DNA of 64,000 nucleotides from Polyangiaceae bacterium (GCA_965222375.1 CBDCTZ010000016.1:2208001-2272000), one strand, 5' to 3'. Counted from the stretch's first letter, positions 29,635 through 40,277 are shown. Made by a program: numbers and translations. Notes: generated by a model from the letters alone, not told the origin.

Positions 29635-29800
29635 TCACGCGGTGACGGCATTCTTGCGCCGGAGCGTTGGAACCAGGCAAAGCGCTGCAAGGATGGCCAA
29701 GCCGACGAAGACTGAAAACAGGCTGGACCAGCCGTAGGTCTCGCTCATCCAGGGCACGAGCAGGCCCTGGAGTACGGCGCCCACGGAACCCATGCCGTTG
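29635..29800 (-). pseudogene. Displaced alternative 3' end of the MFS gene (att-like direct repeat)
   Basis: 29653-29800 matches 36002-36149 (148 bp, 3 synonymous mismatches); continues NAVTA* with the stop in the same register as QITAG* of the intact gene. Confidence 0.9.
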
Positions 29801-29802
29801 TC

Positions 29803-30157
29803 TCAGTTGTACGTGTAGGTTCCCAGCAGCATAGGCGCGATGAGCACCTCGTGCTCGCGCGCGCCGCTCTTGCCGGTCGGAGGGTGCTTGTCAGTACCGC
29901 TAAAGCGACCGAACATGCCGCGCAGTAGCAGGCCAGCAGAGTTTTGCGCGCCGGTCCACACGTCGTAGCCGACTCCGCCGAAGACGATCCAGCCGCTTGA
30001 CCCTTGTGCCGTGTTCCAGTCCCCCTGCCGCTCCGTCTCCCCCACAGTGAATAGGGCAGGGCCACCGCCGGCCTCGAAGCGCTGCAGAAGTATTCGCGCA
30101 AGTGAGCGCCGCGCACGTGATCAAGGTGATGAACAGACGTTGAGCGTCAGTTCGCAT
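29803..30157 (-). pseudogene. Outer-membrane beta-barrel gene with an out-of-frame internal deletion
   Basis: Signal peptide MRTDAQRLFITLITCAALTCANTSAA joined out of frame near 30080 to FEAGGGPALF...GGVGYDVW...LLGTYTYN*. Confidence 0.6.
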
Positions 30158-30228
30158 CCACCATTCTGCACTCCGCGCGCCACGAATTGGTGCGTGCTGT
30201 CGAACCCAAACATGATTCGAGTGTCGGA

Positions 30229-31488
30229 CTACGGTTTCCATTCAGGGGTGGGCACGCAGTCCCATTGGAGGGCTGGGTGGTCGAGATCGAGATCGACGAG
30301 CCAAGTCTCGACCGAGGCATTGTCGAACCAACTGCCGTAGATGTGACTGCCGTGGAGGGACTTGTAGCGGATGTACATCTCGCGTGAAGTTAGGCGACAG
30401 CGCTGCCCCGTCTTCATGTCGAACTTGGCAATCGACGTAGACACACCCTTGAGCTCGGAGAGCGAATCAGGATTCGCCGGCTGGCTGTCGCCCGGTTCGT
30501 TCCAGACGACGAGGTTGCCATCGACAGCTGGGTAGACCTTTCCGCGTGGTGCGTTGGGCGAGTCGAAAGTCACGCGGCGCGTCTTCTTGGTCGCTATGTC
30601 GTAGACGTACACTTCGCCGCCGCTGCGCTTGAACATCGCTGACCCGGGGCCAGGCGGGTCGCGATAGTCGATCCAGACGTATTGCGTGCGTGCCGGGGAA
30701 CAGGCAGCTTGCATTTGCCAGGCGCCGCCGTAGTCGACGGGCTTGGCGTCCCCGGAATCTGGATCAATGGACAGGATTCGCCCATCCTCGCAAAGCAACG
30801 CGCTGTCGCTGGCGCAGTACGAAAAGCAATCGCCGGTGAGCCGCTTGACGGCTCCCGTCTCGAGATGCCTCGACCAGATACCTCCGTTGAAGACCCAGAA
30901 CACGTGGCGAGGGCCGAGCATCGTGCGCGAGACCGAGTTGGTGCCCGCCTCCTCGGGGGTGTAGCGGTGGGCGATCTTGGTTTCTCCTGTGATCAAGCTT
31001 GCAATCTCCACCTGGCCGTCGGCGATGCCGAAGGAGCGCACGTAGCTGGTGTGGTCGCCGTAAACTGACGAACGCTGAGGCGTGCCTGGGTCGAGCGGTA
31101 TGACGAACGTGTTTTGATCCCCGACCTGGGTGAAACCAAGCGCTTTGTTGGTGCTGCTGATGAACCACTTGTCCGAAAAGGAGTGCCCGAACGTGGCCGG
31201 GTTTCTCAGCGGGAGGTTCAAGGCCACACGACACCCCGGCCCACAGTCGGGTAGGTTGTCCGGCGGATACGACGTCCAGTTCTTCGGCGCTGTCTCATGC
31301 CACACTGGGTCCCAGGCTTCGCCACCGGCGCCTGCGCTTCCGCTTGCCCCGCTCTCGCCCCCGGATGCGGCAACTCCACTGTCTCCTCCGGAACCGCCGT
31401 TTGCGCCATCATCCGAGGGACAGCCCACCACAAGAGCAAGTGGCAAGACGCTAGCCGCGCCCAGTGAGAGAGCTTTGCGTCGCCTCAA
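30229..31488 (-). CDS. Lipoprotein with Gly-rich linker and TolB-like beta-propeller
   Basis: Lipobox VVGC; YVWIDYR, EVYVYDIAT and YPAVDGNLVVW blades; 4-nt overlap with the upstream gene. Confidence 0.8.
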   Translation of the reverse strand: MRRRKALSLGAASVLPLALVVGCPSDDGANGGSGGDSGVAASGGESGASGSAGAGGEAWDPVWHETAPKNWTSYPPDNLPDCGPGCRVALNLPLRNPATFGHSFSDKWFISSTNKALGFTQVGDQNTFVIPLDPGTPQRSSVYGDHTSYVRSFGIADGQVEIASLITGETKIAHRYTPEEAGTNSVSRTMLGPRHVFWVFNGGIWSRHLETGAVKRLTGDCFSYCASDSALLCEDGRILSIDPDSGDAKPVDYGGAWQMQAACSPARTQYVWIDYRDPPGPGSAMFKRSGGEVYVYDIATKKTRRVTFDSPNAPRGKVYPAVDGNLVVWNEPGDSQPANPDSLSELKGVSTSIAKFDMKTGQRCRLTSREMYIRYKSLHGSHIYGSWFDNASVETWLVDLDLDHPALQWDCVPTPEWKP

Positions 31489-34400
31489 GGCACTACCCTG
31501 GCGAGCGCGGCAAATGCGCCATGCCTCTTCAACCGCAGCGTGCCGCCGTCGCGACGCTTGACCCAGCTGGCGACGTTGTGGCTGCCGGCGAGCGTGATGC
31601 GCTCGCCGCGCAGGTCGAAGACGGGTCGATGTTTCTTCCCGAGACCCACGCCATAGGCCCGCCCACCCGAGGCATCCGCCCGCAGAGCCCAGAGAGGCTT
31701 CTTCAGGTGCACGAGACCCGCTACCGTCGGCGCGCCGCCTTGCGTTGTGCGCAAGTCGAAGACATGTTTGCCGGTAGAGACGAGCAAGCGCGAGCCATCC
31801 ACAGGAGCCAGCTCAGTGATGCCCTTCAAAAAGCCCGCGAAGTGCCCAAACTTCTTCGCCAGCTTGCACGCCCATACCTTTGCTGGATCGAGGTCCAAGG
31901 GGATCAGCTTTCCGTGCTGGCCGAGGGGCACGAGGACTGACATGGACAGTACGCGTAGCTCAGAGTTCAACCCGCCGCCAACGATGGCCAACCCCAGCGG
32001 GGTCATCACGGCCCAGCTGTCCTCCCCGAGCGGCTCCACATCGAGGGGAGCGCCACACAGCTCGAGGTTGGGCGAGAGCTCGATGCCGTTGCCACCAAGC
32101 GAGGCCAGCTGTACGCCTCTGCGGGTGGCGACCAGCGCAGTCGTGCCGCGGGCCGCGATGTCCAGGGCCTTCTTGGCCAGGCTGGCGCTGCCCGTCAGGG
32201 CGAGCGCCAACGGCTCGGCCACAGCGTGGTGCTCCACGCGGTGCGGTCGCGCGAGCCAGACACCCGCGTCGGTGACGTCTGCGGCGATAGCGGGCGGGGA
32301 CAACTTGGCCTTGGCTACCAGAGTGCCAGCGCTGCCTTCGCAGTTCTGCGCCCCGCACGCCACCCGGCCGACGCTGGAACACCAATCGGTTTCGAGCGCG
32401 CACAGCTTGCCGCCGGTTGGATCCTCTGGCGCACATTGCGCTATACGTCCCGTGTCATCCAAGGGCTCCCAGCCAAAGGGCGTGCGCGCGCGCAGCGTCA
32501 GCCCTTCTGGCTCTCCGGGCGCGTAGGCGACTCTTAGAAGCTCGTCGGCAAAGGGGTCGAAGAACAGCGCTGTGTGTGCGAAGCCCAGGGCGCTCGCCGA
32601 CGTGTCCGAATACAATCGCTTCGGCGGGGCCGCGCCGGGGAAGTGGGCAAAGCTGGAAAGCTGCCACACGTCGTCGTGCATGCTCCCACTCGGGTCGCTG
32701 CCTCCCGCGAGGAGAACATGGGAGCCATCGGGGCTCACGCTGAGCAGGGCGCGGCTGCGAGCTGGCAAGTCCGAGCGCAACAGCGCGTAGGTTCCGCTGT
32801 ACAGATCCATCAACCACAGATCAGACTGCAGCGCGCTGCCCAGCTCACCGCCGGCGACCAGCAGGTTGTTGCCGCGCAGGGCGAGGGCGGCGCCGGTTCG
32901 GTTGAGTAGCTCGGCGGGCAGCGCGTGGCGCAGTGGCGCCTCACCATCGGGCAGGATCCCTTCCACCACGCCGCTGAAGAAGTCCACCACGGCCGCCGAG
33001 CGCCCTTCCACATCCGTGACGAGCTGGGCGTCGGACGAAATCGTGCCGCGCAGCTCGCCCAAGCGCACCAACTCGTAGCGTGCGCTGACGTCCGAGACGC
33101 TCACGGGCGCTAGGCGCGCGAACTGCGCAGGCCGGTCGCTGACGCCACGCTCGAGCACGAACACATCTGGCTCGGCATTGGGGTCGCGTTCGGCGGCCGA
33201 GGCCTGCGCCAGCCCTGGTCCGGGACTCGTGAACGCCCGGTTGCTGCCCAAGGGCGCGATGGCGACGTCACTGCTGGCCACCCAGCTCGCCGCGGCCAGG
33301 GCGCCCAGCTCGCCGGTGGCGTAGTTGCCCTCGGCGGGGCGCAGGATCGCCAGGCTCGAAAATGTCGTGTTGTCGTGCACGACCGCGCGCCCGCGAGTGA
33401 AGTCCGTGCGCTGGGGCGCAACGGGATCTGGACCGAACCACCATTCGATCTTGGACAGCTGCTGTTCGGGAGTGAGCAGGTTGCAGATGATGCCGGGCTT
33501 GAGCTCCGTGTGAGAGGATGTCAGGTTGGCCGCGGTTTGCTCAGACAGGGACGAGCGAATGCGCAAGCTGTGCGAACTCAGAACGTCGTGCAAGGGCGCG
33601 CCCTTGATCGGATCGTCCTCTGGGTCCCGGAACGGGGCAACCAGCGGCCGCCACGGCAGTCCCAAGTGTGTGTTGAGCTCGACCAGGGACCAGATGGCGT
33701 ACTCATGAGTGAGGCGCTCGTGCTGACCGGAAGCTGCGGTCCCGTCAAAAGACTGGACGTCACCGGGGGCGAAGTGCCGGGTCAGACTGGACGCTGGAAA
33801 GCTCTTGGTTTCGTCGTGCCAAAACCAGCCGCTACTGGTACGACCCACGTCGAAACGTGGCACCGCCAGTGGCATGCTGTCGCACCAGGTTTGGTTGCGG
33901 GAGCAGCCGGCGCGGTCGACGGGGCGCCAGCCACGGCCATCGAAAACCCCGGGATCAGCTTCGCCAACATCGTCCCGGAAGCACTCGCTGTCAGGGTCCG
34001 ATACGCACGCTGCTCCTGGGATTGGATCGCCGGTCACCGCGTGTCGACATGCACACCGATACACATTGCCCAACCACGCCTTCGGAGCCTCCGCCTGCAA
34101 GGTGTCCCAATACGGGTCGTTGGCGCTCGCACCACGCCCGGCTGACGTTTTCGTGATGATCGCGTTGCTGCCCACGTCCACGCGTAGCTGGGAGCCGCAC
34201 TTGTTCGTGCGCTGGAAGAGCTTGCGCCACTTCGTCAGCGACACCGGGTACGGATCGCACGTTGCGCCGCGTTGAAAGTGACCCAGATCGTGGTTTCCGT
34301 CCACGCCCGGGGGCCAATTCACGTCCTCGGCCCAACGGTTGCTGATGCCGTGCGAACTGCTCGCGAGGGATGGACATTCATCGAACCCGTTGGCACTTCG

Positions 34401-35686
34401 GTCCTGATCCTGGTCCCAGAACCCTCCATAGGCGGGCACCGACGAGTCGCCCCAGCTTGCTCCAACCTCCGGCACGGGTGGAAAGCCGGGCTCGCCGATG
34501 CCCACGTATTTCTGTCTGAACTGGGGGTCGCTGTCACACTTGCCCGTCAAGCCATCCGTGTCGCTGTCATCCGCCGCGGTGGCGACTTTGTCGAGCCCGC
34601 AGGCGTCAACGGGGCGCGCCTGGATCTGGTTCTGCGCTGCTTGATAGAAGGAGATCTCGGAGCTTCCATCGTCATCCGCGTCGAAGGTGAATGCAGCATC
34701 GGGTTTGAGTTTGCTCCAGGCAGAGTCGACGCCATAGAAGCTCGTTTCCAAGAACTGGCCGGAAAAGCCTAGGTTCGCGAGACTGGTGCCTTGAAGAGCC
34801 GGAGCCGGCACCTGGATTTGGCCGTTGCTGCGGACGTATTCACACACGTTCATGGCTGTTGCGCTGTCGATGAACAAGCGGGAGGGCGAGGTACGAAACA
34901 GAAAGGACGGCGTGCGCACGACACCATTTCCTCGGTGCGCGTCTGCGCAGGGACAGATGGGGAGGACGTTGCCGCAGTCGACCACAAACGCGCTCGTTCC
35001 GGGATTACAATACCAATGGTGCTTTCCGGCGCTGGGATACAGCACGGGACGCGTTCCCGAGAACTCGGGATGGGCGCATTCGTCGAGTTTGTCGAAGGAT
35101 GCCCGCCACACGTCGCCCTTCGTAACACGCACGTCAATGTGGAACCCTTGGGAATCGCCAGGGTGAGAGTCGTCGCACCAGAAGTTGGTGCCGTCGTCCG
35201 CTAAGAATCCGCCATCCTGCCGGAACAGCGCTACGAACCTGAAGCGAATGATGATCTCGTCGTCAGAACTGCCCTGGATACGATACGCAGAGTAGCCTAC
35301 GACCGGCTCACAGGGCGCGAGTGAAGGCGGAATTGTTCCGAACTCAGTCACCACTGGCTCGGTCCACTCGCGGCTGTCGAAGCGAAACTCTGGCACGAAG
35401 CATTGAGCGATCTGCGCTTCCATTTCATCATCGAGGCCGTTGCCGTCTTGGTCCATCTGACAGCGCGCGGTCAGATTGGGGTCGAGCAGCACGGGCGAGC
35501 GCTTCAAGAACTCGCAACTCGTGGTCGTCGGCGTCGGCGAAGAAGTGTTCGGCGGCGAGAATGGACAACTCTGCGCACGCGCGCTCGTGGACACCAGCGT
35601 CAAACTAGCGGCCAGCAGCGCCGAACCGACAAAGGTGCCCCCCCCCGGCGACTTGTGTCAACGTGGTGGGAGCTGGCGCTGCCCAT
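31485..35686 (-). CDS. Large secreted multidomain protein (Vps62/NPP1-like N-domain, Ca-binding DxDxDG repeats, Kelch-like blades); signal peptide frameshifted at a G9 tract
   Basis: 1372-aa ORF from TTG 35603; DQDGNGLDD, HPGDSQ, PVLYPSAGKHHWY, DSDTDG, LLVAGG...DLW; ATG 35686 is in frame only with G7 or G10. Confidence 0.75.
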
Positions 35687-35983
35687 CGTTGTCCGCGGAT
35701 TTCCTCTTCGAACCATTTCAGCCTCCCCGCTACCTCTGATTGTGGCCGGCTGCGGGTGCGCCAAGCAATGTGGGCGCGTGTCGCACACGCGGCGGGGTGC
35801 GCAAAAGCGAGCCTGAAGTGGCCCCCAAGATCCGGCGCGCGCATGATTTCGCTCAATAGGACCCACTGCGAGAGGCGAGCTGCAGCAGCGAACAGGGTTG
35901 CGACCCCAAACAAACAAGAAAGCGTGCATCGGTGAGTTCCTGCTGGCCGATGCATGCGCTCCCGGGGCAGGTGCAGAGAGCGG

Positions 35984-37213
35984 TCAGCCGGCAGTTATCT
36001 GCTTGCGCCGGAGCGTTGGAACCAGGCATAGCGCGGCGAGGATGGCCAAGCCGACGAAGACTGAAAACAGGCTGGACCAGCCGTAGGTCTCGCTCATCCA
36101 GGGCACGAGCAGGCCCTGGAGTACGGCGCCCACGGAACCCATGCCGTTGACGAAGCCCGTGGCCATTCCTGCCGCGTAGCGCCCTCCTGCGTCCTGAGCG
36201 GCGGCTCCTGAGATGAGTGCATCGGGGCCGAAGAGGGAAGCGCCGATCAGAGCGAGGCCGAACACATTGGACAAGGTGCTCCTGGCGTCCATGCTCGTGA
36301 ACAGCACGACGGCTGCGGCGAGGGCGACCAGGGCGATGGCGGCCAAGATGGACCGGGAGTAGCGCCGCAAGCGATCCGAGGCGATGCCGATGATGACGAC
36401 GCCCGCGATTCCACCGACCTCGAAGGATGTCGACACGTAGCCGGCTTCCTCTTCACCGAAGCCGCGGGCCTTGGCTAGGAAGAAGGGCAACCAGAACAAC
36501 AGCGCGTAGCGAATGAACTTGATGCAGAAGTAGCTGGCGCCGTAACACCACAACAAAGGGTGGCGCAGCATTTCGCGCTGCGCTGCGCGCCGCTTTGCTT
36601 TGTCTTCGGTGACGGGTGCGTGCGCTGCTTCCTTGGCGTGCTGGCGTGAGGGGCCGGGCTTGAGCAGCAGGTACACCGCGGACGCGACGATGATGATGCC
36701 GAGGGCGGGCCCGAAGAACGCCCAGCGCCAGCCGAAGCGACCGAGCAGAAAAGCCGCCATCGCCGTCGCGACGATGCCGCCGACTTGGTAGCAGGTGGCC
36801 CAGAAGGCCATGACCGTGCCGCGGTTTTCCAGGGTCGTCCATTCGGCCATGGCGCGGGTGGTGCCCGGCCAGCCCGTGGATTGGGCAAAGCCGTTGATCA
36901 TGAAGAACAAGAAGAACAAGGCGGCGCTGCTGGAAGAACCGAACGCCAAGCAGCAGGCTGCCGACAGCAGCATGCCGAAGCTCACCAATCGGCGGGCGCC
37001 GATGCGGTCACCCAGGTAGCCGCTCCCGAACTGACCCAGGGAGTAGGCGATCAAGTAGGCAGTGTCGATCAGCCCTAGGGTCTGCGTTGATACACCCAGG
37101 GAATCGTGGATGGTCTTCTTGGCAACGCTGAAGCCTTTACGACCCGTGTAGTAAGTTCCGTACGCAGCCCAGGTCGTGATCCAAGCAACCCAGCGATCGC
37201 GACGTTCACTCAC
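35984..37213 (-). CDS. MFS transporter, organophosphate:Pi antiporter (GlpT/UhpC-like)
   Basis: YYTGRKGFS, GYLGDRIGARR, QSTGWP, RYALLFWLP; about 12 TM segments. Confidence 0.92.
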   Translation of the reverse strand: MSERRDRWVAWITTWAAYGTYYTGRKGFSVAKKTIHDSLGVSTQTLGLIDTAYLIAYSLGQFGSGYLGDRIGARRLVSFGMLLSAACCLAFGSSSSAALFFLFFMINGFAQSTGWPGTTRAMAEWTTLENRGTVMAFWATCYQVGGIVATAMAAFLLGRFGWRWAFFGPALGIIIVASAVYLLLKPGPSRQHAKEAAHAPVTEDKAKRRAAQREMLRHPLLWCYGASYFCIKFIRYALLFWLPFFLAKARGFGEEEAGYVSTSFEVGGIAGVVIIGIASDRLRRYSRSILAAIALVALAAAVVLFTSMDARSTLSNVFGLALIGASLFGPDALISGAAAQDAGGRYAAGMATGFVNGMGSVGAVLQGLLVPWMSETYGWSSLFSVFVGLAILAALCLVPTLRRKQITAG

Positions 37214-37337
37214 CCGGGCGACGGTAACCGGGATTCGCGGCTGTTGGAATCGGCATCTTTGGCGGCCATGGGCCTTCCGTGCTCGGCGCTAGCGGCTTTG
37301 CCCCGCCGCGCTGGCGTGGCAAGGGTACTCGAGCAAG

Positions 37338-38111
37338 ATGCGGGTCGTTTCTCTGGCGTGTTCGAACACGGAAATCGTTTGTGCGCTCGGCTGCGCGAGG
37401 CTCTTGGTTGGGGTAGATAACCACAGCGACTACCCCGTGGACGTCGTCAACCGGTTGCCGCGTGTCGGGCCGGACTTGGACATCGACATCGAACGCGTGA
37501 AGGCGCTGCGGCCGGATCTAGTACTCGCGTCGCTGACGGTGCCGGGGCACGAGCGCATCGTGCAGCGCTTGGAGGCGTCGGGCTTGCGCTATCTGGCGCC
37601 AGAGCCGATTGCTTTGGCAGACGTGGTGCGCGACATCCGGGCAATCGCGTGCGAGCTCGACGCTGAGGCCGAAGGCGAGCGGCTTGCGGGGGAGTTTCGC
37701 CAGGGCATGCAGACCGAACCGAGCGTGAACTCGCAGGCTCCCAGGATCCTGGTGGAATGGTGGCCCAAGCCCGTGATCGTGCCGGGGCGGGCATCTTGGG
37801 TTAGCGAGATGATCCGACTGGCAGGGGGCGAGAATCCCTTTGAGCATCTAGATGTGAAGAGCACGCCTGTCAGCGATGAGCAGGTTCTGCGAGCGCGGCC
37901 GGATGCGGTGGTGATCTCTTGGTGCGGGGTTCGCACGGAAAAGTACCACGCTCACGTCGTGCGCCGGCGCCCCGCGTGGCAGGAGTTACCCGCCCTGCGA
38001 GCCGACCGCATCGCGAAGATTGCCGAAGCGCACCTAGGGCGTCCCGGACCCCGCCTCGTGGACGGTCTCCGAGAGCTGCGCGCTGTCGTTCAGAGTTGCG
38101 CCTCGAGCTGA
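37338..38111 (+). CDS. Cobalamin/Fe-siderophore-binding protein (BtuF-like)
   Basis: RVVSLACSNTEI, LVGVD, DIERVKALRPDLVL, RPGPRL. Confidence 0.88.
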   Translation: MRVVSLACSNTEIVCALGCARLLVGVDNHSDYPVDVVNRLPRVGPDLDIDIERVKALRPDLVLASLTVPGHERIVQRLEASGLRYLAPEPIALADVVRDIRAIACELDAEAEGERLAGEFRQGMQTEPSVNSQAPRILVEWWPKPVIVPGRASWVSEMIRLAGGENPFEHLDVKSTPVSDEQVLRARPDAVVISWCGVRTEKYHAHVVRRRPAWQELPALRADRIAKIAEAHLGRPGPRLVDGLRELRAVVQSCASS

Positions 38112-38129
38112 TGCGTCCCGGCGCCCTGG

Positions 38130-40277
38130 TTACTCGAGGCTGCGGCCTTCGGCCTCTTCGATCTGTGCCAGGGCTGCCGCCAGGGCGTCCTTGGCGCGCT
38201 CCAAGGAACCCTTGTCGTCGTTCCACTTGGCTTGAGCTTTGGCGACGCGGCCCTTCTCGGCCTCGAGATTGTCGCGCTCCTCGCTGAGCATGCCCCGGGT
38301 TGCAGCCAGCTCGGCCTCCAGAGTCGCAACCTTCTCATCGCGCTCCTCGATGGTCTGCCGCGCTTCGTCGCGCTCCTGGGTCTTGGTTGCAAGGTCGGAC
38401 TCCAACCCGGCGATTTTATCGTCGCGCTGCTCGAGAGTTTGGTTCGCCGTGTCGCGCTCTTCGGTTCGCTCGCTCAAATCGGAGGTGAGGCCGGCGATCT
38501 TGGCGTCGCGAGTGGCTTCACCTTCTTCTTTGGCCTCACGTACCTCGGCCAGCTCTTGCTTCGTCGCGCTGAGCTCGCCCTTGGTGACGTCGTGGGCCTC
38601 ACCAAGTCGCTGCTCGGAGTCTTCGCGCTCCCTTCCCAGCTCTTCGACGCGCTCGCTGAGAGCCAAGGCGGCAGCGCCAGCGGCTTCCTCCATGGCCTGC
38701 TCGTGTTCGGCCCGAAGCTTGCTCATCGCGTCTTCGTTGGCGCGATGAAGTGCTGCCAGCCGGGAGTCGGACTCCTTCTTCAACTCGGCTTCGCGCTCCG
38801 CGATGGCCTCCGCGCGCGCGGCCTCTGCAGTTTCCTCGGCTTCGGTCAGAGCTCGGACCTTCTCTTCGTTCGCTGCTTCCTTCGCAGCGGCCAGGGCCTC
38901 CTCCAGGGCCTCCTCCGCCGCGGACTTGGCTGCACTGAGGTCGGCTTCCCGCCTTTGCTCCGCTGCTTCCAGTGCTTCTTGGTGCTCGGCGCGCTGAGAT
39001 GCATCCTTGGCGTCTCGAGTGGCCAGCTGCTCTTCGTGCTGCTGGACCAGCTCGGTCATCTCCTGGGTCTTCGCCTCGAGATCTCCCTGTAGCTTCTCGC
39101 CCTTGCGCTTGTAGTCGTCGGCTCGCTTGCTCGCTTGCTCCTTGTCCGCCTTCAAGGCGTCGATGTTCTTTTGCGCGTCGAGGAGCTGCTTCTCGAGATC
39201 GAGGATCTTGTCGTTGGTGTCTGTCTTTTCTCGCTCTAGGGCGATATTGCCATCGCGAAGCGAGATGAGCTCTTTGTCCTTGGCGGTCAGCCCGTCTCGG
39301 AGGTCGAGGAGCTCCTTGTCCTTCTTGTTCAGTGCCTCGCGGAGATCCAGGAACTCCCGGGCTGAACCGCCTCCCTTGCCGCCGCCACTGCCTTTGGCTT
39401 TGGCCTCTTCCAACTCGCGCTGCAGGCGCTGGACTTCGCTGTCGTTCGCAAGCCCTTCCGATGCAGCGCTTTCGAGCTCCGCAACTCGGTCCTTCGCCTC
39501 CCGCAGCTCCTTTTCGAGGTTTGCGGAGGCCACCTTGGCCTGATTGAGATCGTCTCGAAGCCGCGCCACCTCGGGGTTGGACTCCGGGCGCGGAGGCACC
39601 GAGTCGATCTTCTCCGGAACGGACTCGGGCTGTATGGACTCGGGCTGTATGGACTCGGGCTGTATGGACTCGGGCTCCTGCGTGGCCTCGGGGGCAGCGT
39701 CAGCCCCGGGCTCTTCGATCAGGGCGTCGAAGGCTTGCTCTGTGAAGTCGGCAACCTCGTCATCTACGTGGACCGGGGGCTCGCTCTCCAGAGTGCGGCC
39801 GCCCACGGTTTCTTCGTCATCCAGGGGTTCGTCATCAATGACGATGTCATCATCGATCACGATTTCATCTTCACTCACCGGCGGCAGCGAAGCCCCGCCC
39901 TCGGGCATTTCGACGAAGGCGCGGGCCCGGGACATCAAGTCGTCGAAGGCCACAGGCTTGTGCACGTAGTCTTCCGCATGGGTTCGCAGGCGGCGATGCT
40001 GGTCGAAAGTCTCCTCGGTCGAGTCGCTGCTCATGATGATGAGCGGGACTGCCTTCAGCGCGGGGTCGCGCTTGAGCTTGTTGCACACCGAGAAGCCGTT
40101 CATGCGCGGCAACTCGATCGAAAGCAGAATCAGATCAGGTCGATCTGAGGCAGCGGTCTGCAAACCGACGTTGGCATCATCCACGAGAGTTGGATTACAG
40201 CCGAGCTGTTTCAGACCAGCATCAAGGACGCCGGCAAACTCGGCATCCGCTTCGAAAACCAGGACCTTGAGCGACAT
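38130..40277 (-). CDS. FrzS/AglZ-like pseudo-receiver plus long coiled-coil protein
   Basis: Receiver with Ser at the phospho-Asp position (DLILLSIELP), QHRRLRTHAEDY like the recalled FrzS QHRKLKAHADEY, acidic linker, long heptad region. Confidence 0.8.
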   Translation of the reverse strand: MSLKVLVFEADAEFAGVLDAGLKQLGCNPTLVDDANVGLQTAASDRPDLILLSIELPRMNGFSVCNKLKRDPALKAVPLIIMSSDSTEETFDQHRRLRTHAEDYVHKPVAFDDLMSRARAFVEMPEGGASLPPVSEDEIVIDDDIVIDDEPLDDEETVGGRTLESEPPVHVDDEVADFTEQAFDALIEEPGADAAPEATQEPESIQPESIQPESIQPESVPEKIDSVPPRPESNPEVARLRDDLNQAKVASANLEKELREAKDRVAELESAASEGLANDSEVQRLQRELEEAKAKGSGGGKGGGSAREFLDLREALNKKDKELLDLRDGLTAKDKELISLRDGNIALEREKTDTNDKILDLEKQLLDAQKNIDALKADKEQASKRADDYKRKGEKLQGDLEAKTQEMTELVQQHEEQLATRDAKDASQRAEHQEALEAAEQRREADLSAAKSAAEEALEEALAAAKEAANEEKVRALTEAEETAEAARAEAIAEREAELKKESDSRLAALHRANEDAMSKLRAEHEQAMEEAAGAAALALSERVEELGREREDSEQRLGEAHDVTKGELSATKQELAEVREAKEEGEATRDAKIAGLTSDLSERTEERDTANQTLEQRDDKIAGLESDLATKTQERDEARQTIEERDEKVATLEAELAATRGMLSEERDNLEAEKGRVAKAQAKWNDDKGSLERAKDALAAALAQIEEAEGRSLE
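39621..39676 (-). repeat. Coding tandem repeat, 15 bp x 3.7 (PESIQ)
   Basis: ggactcgggctgtat repeated. Confidence 0.9.

Larger units (their letters stand above)
29801..36001. mobile_element. Integrase-free genomic island at the MFS gene 3' end
   Basis: Bounded by 148-bp direct repeats 6349 bp apart; cargo is co-oriented secreted-protein genes. Confidence 0.65.

Noticed and set aside
35745..35765. Sigma54 promoter for the giant island gene
   Set aside because: GG-N10-GC spacing is present on the minus strand but the -12 element (CAGC) is poor.
29653..36149. Diversity-generating retroelement TR/VR pair
   Set aside because: Only 3 mismatches, all synonymous and not adenine-specific, and no reverse transcriptase in the window.
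37214..37337. Cobalamin riboswitch upstream of the BtuF-like gene
   Set aside because: The gap is only 124 bp and no B12-box consensus was recognisable.
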